Source of the DNA: Monocercomonoides exilis PA203
Taxonomy: Eukaryota > Protista > Preaxostyla
DNA: 64,000 nt
Direction of reading: 5' to 3'
NCBI GenBank assembly: GCA_001643675.2
Contig: LSRY02000052.1
Coordinates: forward strand, 186,001 to 250,000
The notes beneath the pieces are model-generated. The model did not search any database and was not told where the DNA came from. It saw nothing but the letters and a program-made list of their open reading frames with translations. This document shows, piece by piece, positions 55,639 to 64,000 of this stretch. A program made the translations under genes and the position numbers. Each line of letters opens with the position of its first letter. The first letter of the stretch is position 1.

Positions 55639-57144
55639 ATGTCTGAATCTTCACTTTTGAGTGTTTTGGAGAGAGTTGAAGAAAGAAATAAAATGCCTGC
55701 TTCTCCTGCTATCAAAGAAACAAAAAAAACCACTTCAATCATCGAGAGAGCTTTGAATATTTTGGACAACACACCAACTGCTTTTTTTCGCTTTACGGGC
55801 TTCGCCCGATTTGAGTTCGATTTATTACTTCAACTTCTACAAAAAGAAATATCTCCTCATCGAGGAAAAGAAAAGGCAATCAACAATTTTTCTGATCAAC
55901 TTTTTCTATTACTCACTTTTCTTCATCATGGATCCACTACACTAACATTTATGCTTTCTTCTTCTTTTTATGACACTCAAAATGCAACAATTCGACTTCT
56001 TCACAGAATTGCTGCAGACATCAGAGTGCCTTTGACTGATTTATTTCTCACTTTTCGCCCAGATCGTCTTGAAGGAATGAAGGAGGTGGGTCTTGTTTTG
56101 GATTGCACAGTAATTCCAACAAATCGACCAGGTGGGAGGTTGGAATATGGAAAGAAATTTTATAGTGGAAAGCATCATATTTACTGTGTGAAGGTGGAAG
56201 TTGGTGTTAATCCTCGAATTGGTACTGCTTGTACAATTAGTCACGTTCAAACTGGGTCAACACATGATTTTGTTCTTTTCAAAGATCATTTACCTCAATT
56301 TGAGAGTCAATTGGGAGGAGCAAAGATACTTGCTGACTCAGCATACATTGGAGCAAGGCCAGAATTGGGTGCAATTATCTCAAAACCTGTCGGAACACCC
56401 GAATTGGCATCCAAAAGAGTAATTGTCGAGCGATTTTTTGGGAGGTTGAAGACTCTTTTTGCCGTTTTCAGGCGTCCATGGCCATTTGAAGTGGAAAGAG
56501 TGGCGGAGTATTTAACAATTGCATGCTGTTTGACGAATTTTCACATCCTGAAAAACCCACTGACTGCAGTCAACTCAGATGCTAATTCTCGATTCATTGG
56601 ATATCTGATGCAGTCGCATGAGAAGAAAGTGGAAGCAAAGCGAATCGCTAATGAACGCTATCGAGTCAATATGAAGAAAAGATTGAATCCTGAAGCTCCT
56701 ACACCATCATCAATCACAACTCTATTTTATTCAGAAGATAGTTAGACTTTTTTATTTTTACCCATATTAATGTTTATTATGTTTATTTTGCTTATTTTAA
56801 TATTCACATTACCATAACTATGTTTTTCAGGCAATTCTGAAGCCCAAGAGCAGCGAACTGGGGAAGATCAAAGAGAAAAAGAAAGAAAAGATGAAAAAGA
56901 GAAGAAAGAAAAGAAAACTGTCGAAGAAAAGGAAAGGAGAGATGAAATAATAATCAACGAAAGAGATGAAGATGTTGAAATAGAAAGAAATAGTGACGAA
57001 TTATCAAGTTGGTTTTTGCCAAATCAGTGGAGGTCTCTTCGCTTTCAGCAACCCTCATCATCGTCTTCCTTTCCTTCTGCTTCTTCCTCTAGTTCTTCAA
57101 TAAAAGAAAAAAGAGTCAGCGAAACTCCTTTGCAGAGCTTATAA
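55639..57144 (+). CDS. PIF/Harbinger- or ISL2EU-like DDE_Tnp_4 transposase-family protein, 2 predicted exons (55639-56740, 56831-57144)
   Basis: FFRFTG, LVLDCT, FYSGKHHIYCVK, GSTHD, ILADSAYIG and KRVIVERFFGRLK motifs. A phase-1 GT..CAG intron adds ~104 aa of charged/Ser-rich tail in frame. Confidence 0.88.
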
Positions 57145-57786
57145 AACACAAAACACTGAGTTTCTTTGCTATTTTATATTTTTCAATTCACCTTTGTTAC
57201 CTTTTTATCTAAATACAATATGATTTTATTGTTGATAAGTTTTTTTGTTTAATTTCACATAAAACATATATAAGAATACAATAAATTTTCATCGAATAAC
57301 TTTATTTCATTGTTAATACTCAAAACAAAAAATAAAAATGTGAAATGTCTGAATTTATTAAAAAAATATTATTAAAACATTAAGAACTTTCATATTTATA
57401 CTAAACATATAAAAAATTTAGTTAAAAATGGTTATAAGTTATTAATACTCGTTAAAATTGCATAAAAACATGATACAAATGCACTGTTCAAAAAATAAAC
57501 ATAACACCAAAAACCGATCATAAAAAGTTTTAATTACATATAATAAACATACAAACCAAATGTTAAAACCTAACTCAAAATAATGGTGAAGTAATTTAAT
57601 AAACAAAAAAAGTTAAGATCACAAGTCACAAACCAAAAAAAATTTGAAAATCCTCGAGTTGCCTGGAAAAAGATTGAGAAAATACCGAATTGAGCTAGAA
57701 ACATTCAAAAAGTCAGACTTAATTCGAATTTCTTCAATCAATTCGGTGCGGCAGGGAAAATTCGAACGAGTTCTACTAAAAAGATA

Positions 57787-59442
57787 GTCGGGGAGTTAAC
57801 CCGCTCGGGGGAGTTAACCCGCTCAGATGATCAAAAATCAACCCATTCTTTGTTTGGAAAAAAATGTCAAAGATTGAGCTAGAGATCCACAGAATTGCAG
57901 CATCCAGCGAAGCAAGGCAACTGGAAACTCCTCACGAGAAAGGTCTTCACTTGCATCTTGTTTGCGGATACAAAAAGGCGGAAATTGAACAGGCAAATAT
58001 TATTTCCAGACATTCTCTAAAAAGAGCAGAAAAAGCTCAGAAGGAGAATCGCGTTATTGGAAAACCCGGGAGACCTTTTCTTTTTTCGAAAACAGACGAA
58101 CAAAGGTTAATTGTCAGATTGGAAGTCGATGCAGATAAAGGAATATTCCATTCAATGAGAGATATAGCAGAAATGGTTTGTGAGCTTTCGAATTATTGTT
58201 TTTTTAATTTTTTGTAATTTATAGGCAAATGAAATTAGAAGAGAAAAAAGAACTGAAGAAGAAGAAGTCAAATCTGTAGACAAACACTGGCCAAAGAGAT
58301 TCATTGAAAGATATCCAAAACTTGCTCTGAAAAAAGCAACAAAGTTACCAATCGGCCGTGCTGCACATAATTCCAAGCAAACCATTGGTCCCTTTTTTGA
58401 CAAGGTCACTAAGTTCTTTGCTGATGTGAAAATTGTACCACAATTGCTGTTCAATTTGGATGAAACATCAACTGTTTTTTCAAAATCTTCTGAAGATGTT
58501 GTGGTTCCGTCTTCTTCTTCAGTTCAGCCAATCATTCCAGAGCCTTCGCTGCCAAATTCAACGTGCATAGTTTTTCTCACAAGCGCTGATGGAGTGAGAT
58601 ATTTAACTCCAATTCTAATTCCATATTCAACAATTCCAAAAGAGTATATTGAAGCTACAACAGAAAATGAAGTGTTCATACCATGTTCAACTGGACACAT
58701 GACAACTGCATGCTTTCTGGATGTATTTCAAAAAGCAATCCTTCCGAGCATAAACAAAAAGCGAATTGCCATTGGACTTCAACATAATCACGCGGCTTTG
58801 GTAATGGATGGAGGAACAGGGCATTTTTCTACAGAGATCGTTAAATTATGCAAAGATAATTTAATTGATCTTATCCAACTCCCCTCGCACACCTCTCACT
58901 TGCTGCAACCCAACGATCAGTACATTTTTGCCAACATGAAAAAATGTTTCAAAAAGTCAACTGAATGTGGGAAAACAAACACGGCTAGCGAAAGAAGAAA
59001 AGAATTTATTTCCGTTTTGAAGGAAGCAATTGCAATGGCTTCGTTTCCATCTACAATAAAAGCCAGCTGGAGAGTGACAGGCTTTCATCCATTGAATCCA
59101 GATGCTGTTCTTGCTCAACTGCCAGAGAAGCCTCCAGAATGGGCAGAAATTGCCACATCATCAAACAGGGCACCGGAAGGAGCAATATCTGGGAAAATTT
59201 GGCTCAGTTCTGATGATTTGTCCGATATAGGAATATAATTGAGTTTTTCAATTTTTTTATGCTCTTTTTATAATTTTTCATCCTTTTTTAAATTATTTCC
59301 AATAATACTCTGCTGTAATGTTACAGCCAACGATTTTTGTTTGTTTTTGAAGAGAAAAATAAAAACTGTGGAAAGAAAAATGTTCTAACTTCTTTTGATC
59401 ATCTGAGCGGGTTAACTCCCCCGAGCGGGTTAACTCCCCGAC
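57787..59442 (+). mobile_element. Autonomous pogo/Fot-like (DD35D) DNA transposon, family B
   Basis: Perfect 50-bp TIR containing two copies of GGGGAGTTAACCCGCTC, with TA TSD (57785-57786, 59443-59444). Confidence 0.96.
57864..59238 (+). CDS. pogo-like DDE_1 transposase, 2 exons (57864-58175, 58225-59238), 441 aa
   Basis: KPGRP and catalytic FNLDETS / VMDGGTGH / LLQPND (D35D). The intron is 49 nt, phase 0, GTTTG..TAG. Confidence 0.93.
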
Positions 59443-59447
59443 TAGAT

Positions 59448-59531
59448 GTCTCAATGGTGTAACGGCAAACACATTACCACTAATCATTGATTAAATTAGG
59501 TAAGATTCAGGTTCAACTCCTGATTGGGACA
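59448..59531 (+). tRNA. tRNA-like gene with aberrant anticodon arm (identity undetermined)
   Basis: GTCTCAA/TTGGGAC acceptor, GTGT/ACAC D-stem with GG, TTACC/GGTAA stem, TCAGG-TTCAACT-CCTGA T-arm, followed by TTTT. The loop is 20 nt and yields no canonical anticodon loop. Confidence 0.7.
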
Positions 59532-59623
59532 TTCTTTTGAAGAAAATTTCAAAATAATTGTTTTTGAAAACTGTTGGTAATTTTTCAAAATAATTAAAAA
59601 TTTATTTAAAAATTAAAAAATAT

Positions 59624-59660
<37 letters not shown>

Positions 59661-59814
59661 AAAGTTATGAAATTCGAAAAAAAAAAAATTCGATGCACAT
59701 TTTCTTATTTGAAAATTACCTGCTTTTGTGATTGATAATCCTCAATTTCTACATTTCCTCTTTATTTGCTTTCCGTTCGTTTGAAAGAACCGTCATTGCA
59801 TGATTTGTTCCCTA

Positions 59815-62800
59815 TCATTCATCAAAATTCGGAACATCATCAGACAAAGTGTTAACTTGAGTGTTTGCAATAATATTGAGTTCATCCGTTTTCACAATTT
59901 CGTTGTTCTCGTGGTCAAGTCCATTTGAAAAGTCACTCTCTTCTTTTCCATTCCCTTCAACCTGAAAATTAACCGCGTCCACAAATCGATCACCTGATCC
60001 TGCCTCTGCAATTCCTCCATCTGAACCAAGGTTCTCCTGCTCCTCGACTTCAACTTCAGCTTCAGCTGCAGCTTCGGCTTCCAAATCTGCTTCAGGTTCC
60101 ATTCCTGCTTCTGCATCTGGCTCTGCTTCAATCTCTACCTCTGCCTCTACCTCTGCATCTTCATCAGGATCCACAGTCCCCTCTCCTTCGATTTCTGCCT
60201 CGTCCACATCTTCTCCATCATTCTCTTCTATGTGCTCATTCACATTACCATCTTCTATCTCATTTTCATCTTCAGGCATTTCATCAATGCTTTGCTGAGA
60301 TTCTGCTATCACAATCTCTTCAGGCTCCTCATCATCCAAGCTGCCCTCCATCTCATCTCCATTCCTTCCATCAGCTTCTTCATCAACCTGCCCTTCAAAA
60401 ACAACATTGCCTTCCTCTGCCTCACCAACAGCCACTTCCATCTCTTGTTCTCCTGCTTCATTTTCCATTCCACCAGCCATTCCTTCTCTATCTTCACCAC
60501 TCTCATTCACTTCCTCAGTCTTAACTTCTTCTTCTTCTTCTCCTTCTCCTTCTCCTTCTTCTCCTTCTCCTTCTCCCTCAACCTCTGCCTCACCCTCAGC
60601 CTCAGCATCTGCTTTAGACCCGTCTTCAACTTCTGCTTCCATAACAGCTCCTTCTTCCACCGGCTCCTCAGAACCTTCAACAGCAGCATCATCTCCATCT
60701 CCATTCATCTCCTCTTCTTCCATCCTTCCTTGTGCATCTTCCTCCATCTCTTCTTCATCTTGCCTCATATTCTCCTCCTCTTCTGGTGGAATCTCTTCCT
60801 CAAATGGCTCAATATCTTCTTGTGCTTCTTCAATCATTTCCTGTTTTTCTGCACTTTCACTCGCTTCTTCTCCATTCTCCTCTGCTTCTTCCTTCGCATC
60901 CGCATCGTTCTCAAACATTTCTCGTGTCTCATTGAAAGATTGCTCTTCCTGAGTGACATTCGCATCTTGTGCAACATTCTCTATTGGAGCAGTCATTTCA
61001 AAACTTGGCTCTTCTGCTATGCTGATTGATATGCCCTTTGGAACTGGAATCTCCAACGACACATCGCCTTCTGCAAAATGAGTAAGCCTCCGATGCACAT
61101 CTCGTTCTATTTTCTCTTCTTTGTACTCGGAAAACAGCTCCTCGTTTGCTTCTGCTTCTACTTCTGCTTCTGCTTCCATTTCAACTTCAGCTTCTGCTTC
61201 AGCTTCTGTTTCTCCTTCGCTTTGTGCTCTTTCCTCGTCCTCTCTCTCTTTCTCCTCTCCTTCCATCATCATTTCATTGTCTTTCACTTCCTCTTCCTTC
61301 TCTTCTGTGATTGGATGGAATGGCGAAGTGATGTTTGCTGGCTGTGTCCCCTCAAAGAAAGGAATCAGCGAAGCAGCTGGCTGCGCTGCTGATCGCTTGG
61401 TGAATGGGAAAGAGATGGAAAGAGAAGAAGGAGAAGAAGCAGCAGAAGCAGTAGAAACAGCAGATAAAGAAGCCTGCTGGATGGATGAAGAAGGTGGAGT
61501 GGGGGGCATCTGGAGGAAGGAGACAGGGAAAGAAGGAGGAGGAGGGGGAAGAGAAAACGGATTGGTTGAGCGTAAGGGAGGCTGTTGTGGAACAGGAAGA
61601 GAGGAAGCTGGGTTGGTTGAAGTGGATGAGGAAGAGGAAGAGGAAGAAGAAGAAGCAGTAGAAGAAGAAGGGGTGCTTGGTAGAGTCTGAGGAAGATGTG
61701 TGGATGGATGCAGCTGAGAGAGAGGGAGAGAGGGAAGCTGAGGAGGAGGCGGAGGCAGCAAAGAGCACGAAGCTCCTGACTGTGTTGGTGAATGAGTTGA
61801 AGAAGACAAAGAAGAAGGCAGCTGATGTTGTGAGTGTGGTGTGATTGGGACGGCTGCTGGCCGAACAGAAGGGGCAGGAGGCGAAGAAGAAGGAGAAGAA
61901 GAAGAAGGAGAAGGGGTGAAATGAAGAACTTGCTGCTTGAGATGCTGCTGCTGAGAAGAAGAAGAAGAAGATGAAGAAGCAGAGAGAGACAGAGAAGGAC
62001 TCTGTTTGGATGTCTGCTCATCGCTGTGAAATGAAGGGGATGGCACATGAACTGAAGGGGACTTGATTTGAAGTGGATATTGCGGAGAAGAAGAAGAAAC
62101 AGAGGAAGAAGAAGAAACAGAAGGAGGAGGAGCAGAAGCAGAAGCAGCGGCGGCGGCAGCAGCAGCTTGTGCAAAGCGAATCTTCTGCTCTTCGATCTGC
62201 TTGTGGAGCAGCACATTCGCCGCCCTCACTTCGCTCAGTGCCTTTTCTGCTTCTTTGATTTGAGCAGTCAGTTTTGCTGTTGTCTGCTTCTCAATCTTCT
62301 TCTCCTCCCGTGCTGCTGTCAGCTGCATCGCTAGCATCACCACACGCGACTCCGCATCAAACAGACACAGCGACGCCTGCGACAGCCTCTGCTCTTCTCC
62401 CCTCTGCATCACGCTCAGCTGCTCCTTCAACCTTTCTGCCTCTTGAGACAGAAGAGCATTCGCCTGCACTGCTTTTGCGTGCTCGTCCTCCCACTTCTCT
62501 CTTTCCTGCGCCCGCTGCGCCACCAGCTGCGCAAACCGCTTCTGCTCTTCGCCCAACTTCGCCTCGCGCAGACGCGATGCTTCGACCAGGCGCCTGTTCT
62601 CGTTCTGCTTCGCCCGCATGAACTGCATCGCTTTCCCCATCGCCTCCTTCATCGCACGTGCGGCGGCGTCTTTCTTCTCTGACAATACTTTCTCCTTCGC
62701 CAGCCGCGCTTCTGTCTCTGCTGCCTGCGCCATTCGCTTGTTGTGGTTCATCTCCACCACCCGCAGCTGCTCCAGGAACTCCTTCTGTGTCTGTGCACTG

Positions 62801-64000
62801 TATGCCCTCTCGCTTGACAGTTCTTTCTCCACTTCTCCAATCCTCACACACGCTGCATTCCTCTCTCCTTCTGCCTGCCTCAGCTGCTGCTCCAGCTCGT
62901 CACAGCGGCGTAGCGCATCTGCCAGTATTTCTCTCTCCTTCTCTCTCTCTCTTTCTCTTTCTGCCTCCTTCTCTGCCTCTTCCTCGATGCCGTGGTATCG
63001 CCCTATGAGCGTCTCCATCCGCTGCTGCCACATCAGCTTCTCTTCTGCAAACGAGTCTCTCTCTTTCTCTGCTGCACTTGCCATCTCCATTGCGTGCTGT
63101 GCCTTCGCTTTCTCAGCCACAATAGCTCCAGATGCTTCGTCCACTTGTGTTTGGAGGGTGGAGACCAGCTGCCGCAGTGAAGACAGCTCTTCTCTGAGTG
63201 CACGGTTACTTTCACAGAAGATGGCGGTGTCGTTCAATTCTGATGATGATGATGATGGATTTATGAGAGAAGAAGAAGAAGAAGAGTTGATTTCTCCTTT
63301 TCCTTCTTCATTTTCTTCATCTTCTTGGTCTTCATCTGCATTTCTATTTGCTTCAATCTTGTTTCTGGTTGATTTCTTCGCCAACTCTTCTTTCAGAATG
63401 CTAATCTCCTTCTCAGCAGCCAATCTCAGTTCCTTCTCATTTTTCAGTTCTTTATTGAGTGCAATGACAGACTGCATCAATGGAGATGAAGAAGAAGATG
63501 TTGAATCATCGTTATTTGATGGAGAAGCAGAAGAAGAAGATGAATTTGAATCCAACTGCAGCGATTCCTGTGTACTCAGCAATTCAGCCAAACCAGCTTC
63601 TTTCAGCTTCAAGTTGACAACCAACAGCTCTGCTTCTCTTTCTTTCTTCATCGCTTCCACATTGTCTGTTAACAAAGCAATCGTCTTCTCCATCTCCTTT
63701 CTCTTCTCTGCCTCTTCCATCACCTCCTTCTCCTTCACCTCCACCAGCGCCTGTGCCTCTCCCAGCCTCACCTCCACTTCTTCCTTTTCTGCCTCTGCCT
63801 TCTTCTCTGCCTCTGCTGCTGCTGTCCACCTCTGCTCCATCACAGCCCTCGCCTCAGACTCCGCCGACAGCTCCTTCATTGCTGACTGATGCCTCTGCGA
63901 GAGCAGCTTGCTGTTCAGCTTGAGCACCTCGCATTCTCCCTCTCTCTCTGCCAGCTGCCTTTTCGCCTCTGCCAGCTCTGCCTCTCTCTCCTGCAGCGTC
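59815..64000 (-). CDS. Long coiled-coil protein with Pro/Ser-rich and acidic C-terminus, possibly Tpr/Mlp nuclear-basket protein; 5' end beyond the window
   Basis: The frame is open to base 64000. Heptad-rich N-part with EKLMWQQRMETLIGRY, reminiscent of the Tpr/Mlp1 W..R...L..KY motif, followed by disordered P/S and E-rich regions. Confidence 0.6.
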   Translation of the reverse strand, partial: TLQEREAELAEAKRQLAEREGECEVLKLNSKLLSQRHQSAMKELSAESEARAVMEQRWTAAAEAEKKAEAEKEEVEVRLGEAQALVEVKEKEVMEEAEKRKEMEKTIALLTDNVEAMKKEREAELLVVNLKLKEAGLAELLSTQESLQLDSNSSSSSASPSNNDDSTSSSSSPLMQSVIALNKELKNEKELRLAAEKEISILKEELAKKSTRNKIEANRNADEDQEDEENEEGKGEINSSSSSSLINPSSSSSELNDTAIFCESNRALREELSSLRQLVSTLQTQVDEASGAIVAEKAKAQHAMEMASAAEKERDSFAEEKLMWQQRMETLIGRYHGIEEEAEKEAEREREREKEREILADALRRCDELEQQLRQAEGERNAACVRIGEVEKELSSERAYSAQTQKEFLEQLRVVEMNHNKRMAQAAETEARLAKEKVLSEKKDAAARAMKEAMGKAMQFMRAKQNENRRLVEASRLREAKLGEEQKRFAQLVAQRAQEREKWEDEHAKAVQANALLSQEAERLKEQLSVMQRGEEQRLSQASLCLFDAESRVVMLAMQLTAAREEKKIEKQTTAKLTAQIKEAEKALSEVRAANVLLHKQIEEQKIRFAQAAAAAAAASASAPPPSVSSSSSVSSSSPQYPLQIKSPSVHVPSPSFHSDEQTSKQSPSLSLSASSSSSSSSQQQHLKQQVLHFTPSPSSSSPSSSPPAPSVRPAAVPITPHSQHQLPSSLSSSTHSPTQSGASCSLLPPPPPQLPSLPLSQLHPSTHLPQTLPSTPSSSTASSSSSSSSSSTSTNPASSLPVPQQPPLRSTNPFSLPPPPPSFPVSFLQMPPTPPSSSIQQASLSAVSTASAASSPSSLSISFPFTKRSAAQPAASLIPFFEGTQPANITSPFHPITEEKEEEVKDNEMMMEGEEKEREDEERAQSEGETEAEAEAEVEMEAEAEVEAEANEELFSEYKEEKIERDVHRRLTHFAEGDVSLEIPVPKGISISIAEEPSFEMTAPIENVAQDANVTQEEQSFNETREMFENDADAKEEAEENGEEASESAEKQEMIEEAQEDIEPFEEEIPPEEEENMRQDEEEMEEDAQGRMEEEEMNGDGDDAAVEGSEEPVEEGAVMEAEVEDGSKADAEAEGEAEVEGEGEGEEGEGEGEEEEEVKTEEVNESGEDREGMAGGMENEAGEQEMEVAVGEAEEGNVVFEGQVDEEADGRNGDEMEGSLDDEEPEEIVIAESQQSIDEMPEDENEIEDGNVNEHIEENDGEDVDEAEIEGEGTVDPDEDAEVEAEVEIEAEPDAEAGMEPEADLEAEAAAEAEVEVEEQENLGSDGGIAEAGSGDRFVDAVNFQVEGNGKEESDFSNGLDHENNEIVKTDELNIIANTQVNTLSDDVPNFDE

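Noticed and set aside
57787-57836. Direct repeats GGGGAGTTAACCCGCTC resembling CRISPR or telomeric repeats
   Set aside because: Only two adjacent copies, no spacers, and mirrored at 59393-59442: they are internal to a transposon TIR.
59448-59531. Pyrrolysine, selenocysteine or amber-suppressor tRNA interpretation (CTA in loop, 3-nt variable region)
   Set aside because: CTA is not preceded by U33, the D/T loops are canonical (unlike tRNA-Pyl) and there is no long variable arm (unlike tRNA-Sec). Genes here end in TAA, TAG and TGA, so there is no sign of stop-codon reassignment.
60232-63889. Long plus-strand ORFs (up to 423 aa) opposite the coiled-coil gene
   Set aside because: Antisense shadows of Glu/Ala-rich codons giving S/F/L-rich translations.

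Overview
AT-rich, intron-containing eukaryotic genomic DNA in the standard genetic code. Gene style and two lineage-expanded families suggest an oxymonad such as Monocercomonoides (inference from recalled protein families, not a database result). Recognisable genes: RPS17, TRIP4/ASC-1, a very long POT1-like OB-fold protein, a His/Cys-rich CDF (ZnT-like) transporter, BBS4, CCT1, ATG8, a PA28/11S activator and a partial Tpr/Mlp-like coiled-coil protein. Also present: a small spliced FERM-F3/PTB-like gene missed by the ORF track, a multi-pass membrane protein and a frameshifted receptor-like pseudokinase. RNA genes: tRNA-Cys(GCA), U6 snRNA and a tRNA-like gene with an aberrant anticodon arm. Mobile DNA is abundant: two intact DD35D pogo-like transposons sharing a 49-nt intron at the same position, a spliced Harbinger/ISL2EU-like transposase without visible TIRs, several MITE families (TA or 8-bp TSD) and long foldback palindromes. 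All alignments were done by eye, so exon boundaries are predictions.
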